This document shows positions 9,095 to 19,477 of a DNA stretch of 64,000 nt, one piece after another. A program made the translations under genes and the position numbers. The DNA lies in assembly GCA_965219955.1 (NCBI GenBank), contig OZ244799.1:992001-1056000 (forward strand), read 5' to 3'. The first letter of the stretch is position 1. Every line of letters starts with the position of its first letter. Below the pieces are notes generated by a model. It saw nothing but the letters and a program-made list of their open reading frames with translations. It searched no databases and was not told the DNA's origin. This DNA comes from a bacterium (GTDB lineage: Bacteria > UBA8248).

Positions 9095-11906
9095 GGTCGA
9101 TTGCGCGGGACGCTCCCGCTCTCCAGTGGACGGAGATTTTCCGGATCCGGGCCCTCAGGCATGCCTCGGGAGACAAACCGAAGCACCTTGCGAGTATTTC
9201 CGTTACCTTCGGTTTCATGCCGTCCCCATAGCGCAGCGTGAGGTGCAGGCGGATGACGGCGTCCGTCGGTGGTTCGAACGTGAAGCGGGCGATGGATGGC
9301 CGCGCGTCGAATTGCTTTATCTTTCCCTTGTGTTCGCGCGTGATTTCAATGCTTTTCTCATCCATGAACGCTTCGATGGTGGTTTCGATTCGCCTATCCT
9401 GCGCTTCATGCGGGTCCAGGTCTTTTCGCAACAGGGAAATTTCATAGGTCGCCGCGCTGAGCGCATTGGCGGAGGAAGGCGTTTTCCCCTCGATGCGCCA
9501 TCCGGAACGGGGCCTGAGGCCTCGCGGGAGTTCCCGTTTCAGGTTTTTGAATAAATCGCCCAGCCGGATTTGTCCGTCGACCTCCAAAAGCGAGAAATCC
9601 ACCACCTCCGCGCGGCTTTCCACCCCGACGGGCAAAGCATGGGAGAAGACGATTTTGGGATGCGGGTTGAAGCCTTTGGAGTGTTCGAGGCGATAGCCCG
9701 CGCGCTGAATGGCGCGGATGAAGGTTCTCAGAATCTCCAGGTGACTCAAAAAGCGCAGGTCCCCGGATTTTTCGTAGATAAACCTGAATTTGCGGATGGG
9801 GGCGTCGGGCTGTTCCTCGCCGAGGCCGGGATTGTCGTCGTGCGCGCCCTCGAAGCCCACCGGAACGGGGCCGGACTCCCGGGCGACGCTCTTGCGCCTC
9901 CTCTGCCTGGGACGCTGCGCCTCGGGCCGGGCCTTGGCGATGGCGAGTTCCACCGGCTCGGCGGGAGAAATATCCAGTCCGGGCGGCAAATCCGCCGCCT
10001 GAGCCATGCCGCCAGCCCGGATGGGCGCGTTGATGACCGGGAGAGGGGAGTTCCCGGGCGGCAGGGGTTTTTCGTAGTGGTATTTGATGCCCTTGTATTT
10101 ATCCAGAATCCCGCATTGGCCGCACGCCTCGTAGCGGCAATCGCCGATGGTGACCTCTCGCAGGGAGCGTTTCCAGTCGGCGAGTTGGTACTCCTTCGTC
10201 ACACCGCAGTCGAGGTGGTCCCAGGGCAGCGGGGCGTCTTCGGCTATTTCGCGGTAGGCGTACCATTCCGGGTCGAGGCCATGGGCTTCAAAGGCGGCCA
10301 TCCACTTCCCGTAATCGAAAAACTCCATCCAGCCGTCGAATTTGCATCCCATGTCGACCGCCGTCTCGATGACGTCCGCCTGGCGGCGGTCGCCCTTCGA
10401 GATGACCGCCTCCAGAAAACTGTGTTCGGGGTTCGACCAGTGCAGCTTGATCCGCCGGTCGGGTACCGCCCGCTTGATGAAATCGAGTTTCGCCTTGATT
10501 TCCTCTTTCGTGTTCTGGGGGAACCACTGGAACGGCGTATGGGGTTTCGGCACGAAGGTGGAAAGGCTGACGTTGATGAAGCGGAACGGCTCGCCTGTTT
10601 TTCGCGAGCGCATCTTCATGCAGGAGGCGAGCATGTCCGCCATTTCCTGCAGGTCGTCGAAATTCTCGGTGGGAAGTCCGAGCATGAAATAGAATTTCAC
10701 GCCCGGCCAGCCGGTATCGAGGATGTCCTGAAGGTTTCGCTTGAGGTCCGCCTCGGTCAGCACCTTGTTGATGACGTTGCGCAGGCGCTCGCTGCCCGCC
10801 TCCGGCACCAGGGTGAAGCCCGTGCGGCGCACCCGCGCAATCTGGGCCAGGAGGTCCGGGCTCATCGCACCGACGCGGAGCGACGGCAGGGAGATGGAGG
10901 TCTGCATGGGAGCGAGGCGCTCCATCATGCGGGGCACCAGGCCCTTCAAGGGCTGATAATCGGCGATGCAGAGCGATGAGAGGCTGATTTCTTCATAGCC
11001 TGTGTTCTTGAGGGATTCCTCGGCGAGTTCGAGGACTTTGTGCGGCTCCCGGTCCCGAACGGGGCGGTAGACCATCCCCGCGTGGCAAAAACGGCACCCC
11101 CTCGTGCACCCGCGCTGCACCTCGAGCGTCACCCGGTCGTGAACCACCTGGGTGTAGGGGATGACGGGCTGCGTGGGGTGGGGCGAATCGTTCAAATCCT
11201 CCAGCACGCGCGCCAGAACGGGTTCCTGGTGTCCGCTGACGTGATGGAAGCTCTTCACCTCGCCGTCGGACTCGTGCTCGACCATATAGCGGCTCGGGAC
11301 GTAGATTCCGTCGATCTCCTCCAGCATCCCGAGCAGCGTTTCCCTGGGCGCGCCCGTTTCCCGCCAATTTTCGTGAGTCTTGATGACTTCGGGGAAAAGT
11401 TCCTCTCCGTCTCCGAGGGCGACGACGTCGAAGAAAGGCGCCATCGGCTCTACGTTGAACGTCACGGGACCGCCTGCGATGACGAGCGGGTCTTCTCTCC
11501 GCCTTTGGGCGGACCGCCTGGGGATGCCGGCCAGATCGAGCAGCAAGACGATGTTGCTGGCGGCCAGTTCGTAGAGAAGCGATATTCCCAGGATATGGAA
11601 TTCCCGGACGGGCGTTCGGCTCTCCAGCGTGGTCAGGAGCGCATTCTTGCTTCTCAGGATGGTTTCGAAGTCATCCCAGGGGAGAAAAACCCGCTCGGCG
11701 GCGACGTCTTCGGCTTCGTTCAACAGGTGATAGAGTATGCGGATGCCGTTGTGCGACATGCCGACTTCGTAGGTATCCGGGAAGGCGAGAGCGACGCGGT
11801 TCTTCACCCCGGCGAGGTCTTTGTGGATCGAATTGACCTCGTTGCCCAGATAACGCGAGGGTTTCTGGACGAATGGGAATACGTCCCGTGCGTAGTCTAA
11901 ATTCAT
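9084..11906 (-). CDS. B12-binding-domain radical SAM protein (TIGR03960-like) fused to DUF2344/TIGR03936-like domain
   Basis: FPDTYEVGMS, RGCTRGCRFC, FVPKPHTPFQW; C-terminal RFLSHLE..GFNPHPKIVF; adjacent to rng. Confidence 0.88.
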   Translation of the reverse strand: MNLDYARDVFPFVQKPSRYLGNEVNSIHKDLAGVKNRVALAFPDTYEVGMSHNGIRILYHLLNEAEDVAAERVFLPWDDFETILRSKNALLTTLESRTPVREFHILGISLLYELAASNIVLLLDLAGIPRRSAQRRREDPLVIAGGPVTFNVEPMAPFFDVVALGDGEELFPEVIKTHENWRETGAPRETLLGMLEEIDGIYVPSRYMVEHESDGEVKSFHHVSGHQEPVLARVLEDLNDSPHPTQPVIPYTQVVHDRVTLEVQRGCTRGCRFCHAGMVYRPVRDREPHKVLELAEESLKNTGYEEISLSSLCIADYQPLKGLVPRMMERLAPMQTSISLPSLRVGAMSPDLLAQIARVRRTGFTLVPEAGSERLRNVINKVLTEADLKRNLQDILDTGWPGVKFYFMLGLPTENFDDLQEMADMLASCMKMRSRKTGEPFRFINVSLSTFVPKPHTPFQWFPQNTKEEIKAKLDFIKRAVPDRRIKLHWSNPEHSFLEAVISKGDRRQADVIETAVDMGCKFDGWMEFFDYGKWMAAFEAHGLDPEWYAYREIAEDAPLPWDHLDCGVTKEYQLADWKRSLREVTIGDCRYEACGQCGILDKYKGIKYHYEKPLPPGNSPLPVINAPIRAGGMAQAADLPPGLDISPAEPVELAIAKARPEAQRPRQRRRKSVARESGPVPVGFEGAHDDNPGLGEEQPDAPIRKFRFIYEKSGDLRFLSHLEILRTFIRAIQRAGYRLEHSKGFNPHPKIVFSHALPVGVESRAEVVDFSLLEVDGQIRLGDLFKNLKRELPRGLRPRSGWRIEGKTPSSANALSAATYEISLLRKDLDPHEAQDRRIETTIEAFMDEKSIEITREHKGKIKQFDARPSIARFTFEPPTDAVIRLHLTLRYGDGMKPKVTEILARCFGLSPEACLRARIRKISVHWRAGASRAIDHAV

Positions 11907-12227
11907 TGTAATCAACCTGTTAGAGCCTCTCGCCATATGCGGTGAGGCATATATTCATCTTTCAGGTTCCCGACCTGCGCCTATTGGGGGTCTGGGCGAA
12001 CCGATCCCTTATAATGACGGAAACGGAAGGAATTGGCAACCGGGGTATATGCGGAGTGCGCACCGTCTCGTTTCCGGGCGAATGCTCCCGCATGTTGGTC
12101 GTCAGGTTTGCACGATTGCGCTTTGCCGTAATTCAATATAGCAGGTATTTTCTCAAAGTGTTTCCGGGAGATATGTATGATTCTACGAATTCTTGACCAC
12201 CTCTAATCGACTCGGGGAGTTTCGCTG

Positions 12228-13691
12228 ATGGAACCGATGAATTTCTTGCTCTTGATGGATGATGAGCACACCCAGCAAACCCTGGGTTGCTATGGCCACC
12301 CACTCGTGAAAACGCCGAACATCGACGCGCTCGCTGCGGGGGGCACGCGGTTTGAGAGCGCCTATACGAACTGCCCCATCTGCGTGCCTGCCCGCGCGAG
12401 TTTCGCCACGGGCAGGTATGTGCATGAGATCAGCGCCTGGGACAATGCTCACCCCTACGAGGGAGAGCCGCCGAGCTGGGGTCATCGCCTTCAGGAAGCC
12501 GGCGTGAGAACCACCTCGATCGGCAAGCTCCACTACCGAAACGCCGAGATCCCCGTGGGTTTCGACGAGCAGATCATCCCCCTGCATCTGCCCAAAGGCG
12601 GAATAGGTGATATCCACAGCGCGGTTCGCGATGAGCAGGGCCTGCCTCCCAGGAACAATCCGGAGTGGATGGCCGAGCGCATCGGGCCGGGAGACTCGAA
12701 ATACATCGCATATGACGGGCAAATCACGGAATTGGCCTGCGAGTGGATAGCTCACGAAGCGCCCAGGCACGGCGAGCGTCCCTGGGCGTTGTTCGTCTCC
12801 CTGACGTGCCCTCATTTTCCCTTCATCGGGCCGCCCGAGTTTTACGAGCACTATCCGCTGGAAGACATTCCCCTGCCCAAGCCGCACCCTTCGGGTGGTT
12901 ACGATTGGCACCCGTGGATCGCGGCGCTTCATGAATGCGCCCCGTACGATATTTATTTCGATGACCACAAGCGCCGCGTCGCTCTGGCGTCTTATTTCGC
13001 CATGATCAGTTTTGTGGATTCGAACGTCGGAAAAATCCTGAACGCCCTGGAGGAATCGGGTTTTCAGGACAACACGCGGGTGCTCTTCGCCAGCGATCAT
13101 GGGGACAATCTGGGCGAGCGCGGCCTTTGGGGAAAATCCACGATGTATGAGGAATCCGTCTCCGTGCCTCTCATCGTCTCAGGCCCGGGCCTTCCGAAGG
13201 GCAAGGTATCGCGAACGCCGGTCTCGCTTATCGATCTTTATCCCACGGCGCTCGATTGCGCGGGTTTGCTCGAGAGCGGCGAGGAAGCGCGGCTGCATGG
13301 CGATTCCATGTTCCGGCTCGCGAATGAGCCCGACGACCCCGAGCGCGAGATTTTCAGTGAATTCCACGCGCTCGGCGCCAAGACGGGGTTGTTCATGATT
13401 CGTCGCGGACGCTACAAGTACATCCATTACGTGGGGCACGAACCCGAACTCTTCGACCTGGAGACCGACCCCGAAGAGCGGCGCGACATCTCCGGGAGCC
13501 CGGCGCACCAATCCATCCTCTCGGAGCTTGAAGCGTGCCTTTTCCGCATCCTGGACCCCGATGAGGTGGACAGGCGCGCAAAAGCGGAGCAGGCGGCGCT
13601 GGTCGAGCAGCACGGCGGGCGCGACGCCGTGATCGCTATCGGGAACAGTTTCGCGTCTCCGCCCCCGGGAGAGAAGGAGTACGGGGAATAG
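12228..13691 (+). CDS. Cys-type sulfatase (choline-sulfatase-like)
   Basis: DDEH, CVPARAS (CxPxR), GKLH, SDHGD, ELFDLETDPEE. Confidence 0.9.
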   Translation: MEPMNFLLLMDDEHTQQTLGCYGHPLVKTPNIDALAAGGTRFESAYTNCPICVPARASFATGRYVHEISAWDNAHPYEGEPPSWGHRLQEAGVRTTSIGKLHYRNAEIPVGFDEQIIPLHLPKGGIGDIHSAVRDEQGLPPRNNPEWMAERIGPGDSKYIAYDGQITELACEWIAHEAPRHGERPWALFVSLTCPHFPFIGPPEFYEHYPLEDIPLPKPHPSGGYDWHPWIAALHECAPYDIYFDDHKRRVALASYFAMISFVDSNVGKILNALEESGFQDNTRVLFASDHGDNLGERGLWGKSTMYEESVSVPLIVSGPGLPKGKVSRTPVSLIDLYPTALDCAGLLESGEEARLHGDSMFRLANEPDDPEREIFSEFHALGAKTGLFMIRRGRYKYIHYVGHEPELFDLETDPEERRDISGSPAHQSILSELEACLFRILDPDEVDRRAKAEQAALVEQHGGRDAVIAIGNSFASPPPGEKEYGE

Positions 13692-13697
13692 GGGAGG

Positions 13698-14840
13698 TCA
13701 GCTGAACATGGAAGAGAGGCTCTTCCTCCTCACGCCGACGTTCAAGACCAGGCCGATGGCGATGAAAGACGAGATGGAGGCGCTCCCCCCGTAGCTGACC
13801 AGGGGAAGCGGGATTCCGACGATGGGCATCAGGCCGAGCGTCATCCCGATGTTGAAGATGACGTAGAGGAAAAACGCCGTGGCGATGCCTATGGCGAGCA
13901 GGGCGCCTTCCTTGTCGGCGGCGTTCAGCGCTGCGCTCAGACACCGCAGAATGAAAATAACGAACAACGCCAGGACAGTGACGCTGCCGATAAAGCCCAG
14001 TTCTTCGCTCAGTACGGAGAAGATGAAATCGGTGTGTTTCTCCGGCAGGAAATGGAGCCTGCTCTGCGTTCCCTGGAGAAGTCCTTTGCCCCATATTTCC
14101 CCGCTGCCGACGGCGATGATGCTCTGCATGCTCTGGTAGCCGGCGCCGAGGGGGTCGGCGTCGGGGTTGAAAAGCGTCAAGATTCGGCGGCGTTGATATT
14201 CCTTGAGAAAAAACCAGCCCAGGGGCGCGCACGCGACCGCCAGGCAGCCGATGGTGATGATGACTCTTTTTTTGACGCCGACGGCGAGGACCATTGCTCC
14301 CGCTATCAGGAAAACGGTGAGCCCGGTGCCCAAATCGGGTTGTCGAACGATCAGCAGCACAGGCGCGAGCACCAGTAAAAGCGCCGGGAAGAGTTCTTTG
14401 AACCCCACGGGTTCTTCTCCCACGCGGGAGCCGAAATATCTGGCCAACACGAGGATGACCGCCAGGCGCGCGAGTTCGGAGGGTTGCAGGCGCAAGGGGC
14501 CGAAAACGAGCCAGCGTTTCGAGCCGCCGACCACCTGTCCCGAGAAGAGGACGGCGATGAGCAAAACGATGACGAGGGCGTAAAAGAAATAAGCCCACCG
14601 CGTAAAGAAGTGGTAGTCGAAGAAGAGGATGGTGAGCAGCACGCATAATCCGATGGATGACCACAGCGCTTGCTTGAGGTGCAGGGAATTATTCAGGAAA
14701 ACGGGGTTGGAATGAATGGCGCTGTAGATCATGTAGACGCCCGTCAGGCTGAGCAGAAGCGTTGCGAGAACGAGCAGCCAGTCCATCTGCGCGACGGCTC
14801 GCTGAAAAGGGGATGATTGAGAAGTAGCGATGCCTGTCAT
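13698..14840 (-). CDS. rodA: Rod shape-determining SEDS glycosyltransferase RodA
   Basis: LQPSE, QPDLGT, FLPEKHTDFIF, PLVSYGGS; start at 14840 overlaps mrdA stop (ATGA). Confidence 0.95.
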   Translation of the reverse strand: MTGIATSQSSPFQRAVAQMDWLLVLATLLLSLTGVYMIYSAIHSNPVFLNNSLHLKQALWSSIGLCVLLTILFFDYHFFTRWAYFFYALVIVLLIAVLFSGQVVGGSKRWLVFGPLRLQPSELARLAVILVLARYFGSRVGEEPVGFKELFPALLLVLAPVLLIVRQPDLGTGLTVFLIAGAMVLAVGVKKRVIITIGCLAVACAPLGWFFLKEYQRRRILTLFNPDADPLGAGYQSMQSIIAVGSGEIWGKGLLQGTQSRLHFLPEKHTDFIFSVLSEELGFIGSVTVLALFVIFILRCLSAALNAADKEGALLAIGIATAFFLYVIFNIGMTLGLMPIVGIPLPLVSYGGSASISSFIAIGLVLNVGVRRKSLSSMFS

Positions 14841-16738
14841 CGCCGCTCTCCCCGAGCCCGCCTGAGCGGGGCGGGCTGTTTTTCTTCGGTCGCGTCGTTC
14901 GAGGCGAGAATCCTTGTTTCGTTTTTCTTGAGATAAAAGGAAATGAGCTCTTTTGCGTACGGGGCGAAAAAAGACCCCGGCCTGCCGGCGTTTTCTCCTA
15001 AAATGGCGATCGCGATGGAGGGGTTTTCGTAAGGGGCGAAAGCGACGAACCAGCCGTGGTCCCGGAATTTGCGCGGCAATTCCTCGGGCTTCCTTTTGCG
15101 GCCCGTGTATTTGAGGTCGACGGTCTGGGCGGTGCCCGTCTTGCCGGCCACGGAGATGCCGGGCACCCGGGCCTTTTTCGCCGTACCTTTTTTGCCATGG
15201 ACGGCTTCCTTGAGCCCTTCTCGAACTTTCCGGAAGATTTTCCGGGATATCGGGATTTTGCGGATGAGTCGGGGCCTGGATTCGAAGAGCGGCTTGCCAT
15301 CGGGGCTCAGCACTTTTTCCACGACGTAGGGTTTCCACAGGTTGCCGCCGTTCGCCACGGTGGCGATGAGGTTGGCGGCCTGCATGGGCGTGATGAGATT
15401 AAAGCCCTGCCCGATGGATACGCTGATCGTCTCGCCTTCGTACCATCTTTCCTTGAATCGGCGGCGCTTCCAGGCATCCGACGGCACGAGCCCTCCTTTT
15501 TCGGCCGCTCCGAACCCGGTGGGTGAGCCCAGGCCGAACATGCGCGCGTAGTGCGCGATTTTCTCGATGCCCAGCTTGTGGCCGTTCGTGTAGTAGTAGA
15601 CATCACAACTCTGGGCCAGGGACTGGATGAAGTCGATGCGTCCGTGCCCCCCTTTCTTCCAGTCCTGAAATATCCTTTTTCCGAACGGAAATGAGCCGTG
15701 ACAAAGGATCTTCTCATTGGAACGCGCGACTTTCTCGTTGAGAATCGCGAAACCCATCACGATTTTGAAAATCGAGCCGGGAGGGTATTGCCCCCGGATG
15801 GCCCGGTTCTCGAGCGGCTTCAAGGGGTCTTTCATGAGGCCTTTCCAGTCTTTGGCTTCAATGCCGCCGGCAAAGATGTTCGGGTTGAAGGATGGCTTGC
15901 TCACCATGGCCAGAATCGCGCCGTCCGACGGGTCGAGAATGACGATGCTGCCCTCGTGCGCTTCGAACAAATCTTCCGCCTTTTTCTGGAGTTCCATGTC
16001 AATCGTCAGATAGACGTTGTTCCCCGCCTTTTCCACAAATGGGCGGACGATGCGCAACTCTCGTCCGTAGGCGTCCACCTCCACCTGTTTGAAGCCGCTT
16101 TGCCCGCGGAGGAATCTTTCCTGGGTTCGCTCGACGCCGTATTGTCCGAGCAGGTCTCCCTGCCGGTAGTTTCGTTTTTTCAGGCGTTGCAGCTGGCGGT
16201 TGCTGACCTCTCCCAAATAACCCAGGAGATGGCTCGCCTGTTCTTTGGAGGGGTATTGCCTGAGAGGCGTCACTTGAACGAATACGCCGGGATATTCCGG
16301 CTTGTGCTCTTCCAGGAAGGCCATGGTTTTGCGGCTGATGTCCGCCTTGATCAGAAACGGCCGGAAGGGATTCGCAAGCCGCGTTCTTTTGTAGAGTTCC
16401 TCAAACGGTTGTTCCGTGATCTCGGACAGCAGCCGAATCGTCTGTTTCAGTTTTTTTACATTTTCCCGGATGAGATAAATGTTGAACGACGCGCGGTTGT
16501 CGGCAAGAAGCTCTCCATTCGAGTCGAACACCATGCCCCTGGGGCTTTGCACGAGGCGGTAAGCGATCCGGTTGTCTTCGGAGAGGGTTCGGAATTTTTC
16601 GCCCTGGATCACCTGAAGGTTCCAGAGTCTGATGAACAGGCCGAGAAGAATGAGGCCGAAACAGATGCCGAAAATGAGAACACGCCGCCTGAGCGCGTCA
16701 CTCGTCGAGGGATTTGAGTTGAACGGCGACTCTTTCAT
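14837..16738 (-). CDS. mrdA: Penicillin-binding protein 2
   Basis: YPPGSIFK (SxxK), SCD, KTGTAQ; N-terminal TM anchor. Confidence 0.96.
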   Translation of the reverse strand: MKESPFNSNPSTSDALRRRVLIFGICFGLILLGLFIRLWNLQVIQGEKFRTLSEDNRIAYRLVQSPRGMVFDSNGELLADNRASFNIYLIRENVKKLKQTIRLLSEITEQPFEELYKRTRLANPFRPFLIKADISRKTMAFLEEHKPEYPGVFVQVTPLRQYPSKEQASHLLGYLGEVSNRQLQRLKKRNYRQGDLLGQYGVERTQERFLRGQSGFKQVEVDAYGRELRIVRPFVEKAGNNVYLTIDMELQKKAEDLFEAHEGSIVILDPSDGAILAMVSKPSFNPNIFAGGIEAKDWKGLMKDPLKPLENRAIRGQYPPGSIFKIVMGFAILNEKVARSNEKILCHGSFPFGKRIFQDWKKGGHGRIDFIQSLAQSCDVYYYTNGHKLGIEKIAHYARMFGLGSPTGFGAAEKGGLVPSDAWKRRRFKERWYEGETISVSIGQGFNLITPMQAANLIATVANGGNLWKPYVVEKVLSPDGKPLFESRPRLIRKIPISRKIFRKVREGLKEAVHGKKGTAKKARVPGISVAGKTGTAQTVDLKYTGRKRKPEELPRKFRDHGWFVAFAPYENPSIAIAILGENAGRPGSFFAPYAKELISFYLKKNETRILASNDATEEKQPAPLRRARGERR

Positions 16739-16739
16739 C

Positions 16740-17261
16740 TCAGATTCGCTCCGGGTAGGGCGTGTCCGCCTCGGATGGTAGCACCTTTTCCTCCATCTTT
16801 CCCAGAAGGCTGATGACGATGGGCGCCAAAACGACGGTCAAGCCCGCCGTCTTGATCGAATCCATCCAATAGGTGATGGGCAGGATTTGTGAGGGCACGA
16901 ATATCTGCACGAGAATGAAAGAACATAAAATGTTGAATATCGAGGCGAAAAACACCACCGCGCAGTGAAACACGACGAAGCGCGCCGTCATATTGGGTTT
17001 CAGGCCGCCCGTATAATGGCCAATCAGCCCTTTGAGCAGCGCGTTGAAGCCCAGCAGGCCCCCTGAGAGCACGTCCTCGAAAATTCCGAGGCTGAATCCT
17101 CCTATCAGGCCCGTTTCCCTGTCGCGATTCAGACCCAGGTAAATTGTCGTGAGAAGCATGGCGTCCGGCCTGGCGCCAATCCAGATCGAGAAATAATCCG
17201 CCACGGACGTGTGCAGGACAATTGTCAGGATGGCGAGTATAATATAAAATAAAACAATCAT
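16740..17261 (-). CDS. mreD: Rod shape-determining protein MreD
   Basis: Hydrophobic, GIFEDVLSG; between mreC and mrdA. Confidence 0.88.
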   Translation of the reverse strand: MIVLFYIILAILTIVLHTSVADYFSIWIGARPDAMLLTTIYLGLNRDRETGLIGGFSLGIFEDVLSGGLLGFNALLKGLIGHYTGGLKPNMTARFVVFHCAVVFFASIFNILCSFILVQIFVPSQILPITYWMDSIKTAGLTVVLAPIVISLLGKMEEKVLPSEADTPYPERI

Positions 17262-18091
17262 TTCCAGGGACTATCCTTGGGCTTCGTCATCAGGATCAGC
17301 GCCTCTTCCAGATTGGAAAAATCCACAATCGCCTTGGCCTTTATATTCGGGAAAAGCCCTCTGACGTCTACGATTTCCGTTATGTGGGCCACGGGGAGTC
17401 CTTTGGGAAAAATGCCCCCCAACCCGGAGGAAATGAGCAGGTCTCCACGCTTCATTTCCGCGTTGAACGGCATGTAGCGCACCTCGCTCTCTCCTTCCGA
17501 GGAGATGGCGAAAACCCCCTGCGCGCGCGAGCGCTGGGCGATGACGTTGACGGCGCTTCTCGAGTCGAGCAGGGTCAGTACCTGGCTCACGTTGTTCCCT
17601 ACACGGGTAATTCTTCCCACGAGGCCTTCCTGGTGTATGACCGGCATGTTCTTGCGCACGCCATGTTGCGAGCCAAGGTCCACCAGCAGCGACTCTCCAT
17701 AGATGCTCCTGTTGCGAGCCACGATCCGGGCGAGGCGAACAGGCGTCTCCTGACCCTTGGAAGCGGCAAGCAGTTTCTCCAGACGCGCGATTTTCGATTT
17801 CAACTCCTGCACCTGCGCATGGTTCGCCCTGAGCGATTGCAGCTTCTGTTTCAACACGACGTTTTCTTCATGCGCATTCTTGAGGAGCAGGTATTTTTGC
17901 CAGAGTTCGGCCGACCATGTCCTGGGGATGTCGGCGACCCGGATGGTCGATCCGACGAGGGAGAGAAGCGCTCTTTCAATCAGGGTGGATTGTCCCCGAA
18001 AGCGCACGCTCAGCGTCATGAGCGTGAAGCAGACGACAAACAATCCCAGGAGGAGGGCCAGGCTTCTGCGTTCGACGAAAAACTGAAACAT
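17258..18091 (-). CDS. mreC: Rod shape-determining protein MreC
   Basis: TM plus coiled coil, GLVGRI, SSGLGGIFPKGLPV. Confidence 0.93.
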   Translation of the reverse strand: MFQFFVERRSLALLLGLFVVCFTLMTLSVRFRGQSTLIERALLSLVGSTIRVADIPRTWSAELWQKYLLLKNAHEENVVLKQKLQSLRANHAQVQELKSKIARLEKLLAASKGQETPVRLARIVARNRSIYGESLLVDLGSQHGVRKNMPVIHQEGLVGRITRVGNNVSQVLTLLDSRSAVNVIAQRSRAQGVFAISSEGESEVRYMPFNAEMKRGDLLISSGLGGIFPKGLPVAHITEIVDVRGLFPNIKAKAIVDFSNLEEALILMTKPKDSPWK

Positions 18092-18170
18092 AGTATTCTA
18101 GGGTTGATTATCGGAAACGCGTGAAAGCGCTATTGCGGGCAGTGACCGAAGCTTCTTTGAAGCAAGGCGG

Positions 18171-19229
<1,059 letters not shown>

Positions 19230-19477
19230 TTATTCCATGGGCGGTATTTCGATTCGGCCTATGATTACATTCCAAGTGAGAATACTCAAGGAAACCGGCA
19301 ATATCAAGGATAAAGGCGCTCGATTCGATAAAAATTTTATCGGGCAGCGGGCCGGGTTCGTGAATATCGTCTCCTCCGGTTTGCGATGACACGAGAGGTG
19401 GGCTATTTTCTCTCTTGTTTGCCGCTGAAATCGTGCTCGATCGCATGGGTGGTCGATTTAGAAGGAGTGCAACATTG

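Noticed and set aside
13698-15338. Long N-terminal extensions in the ORF track (rodA, thiD, TAXI, dctP, Rrf2, EamA)
   Set aside because: Artefacts of the most upstream start; better starts with SD sequences or stop-start overlaps lie downstream
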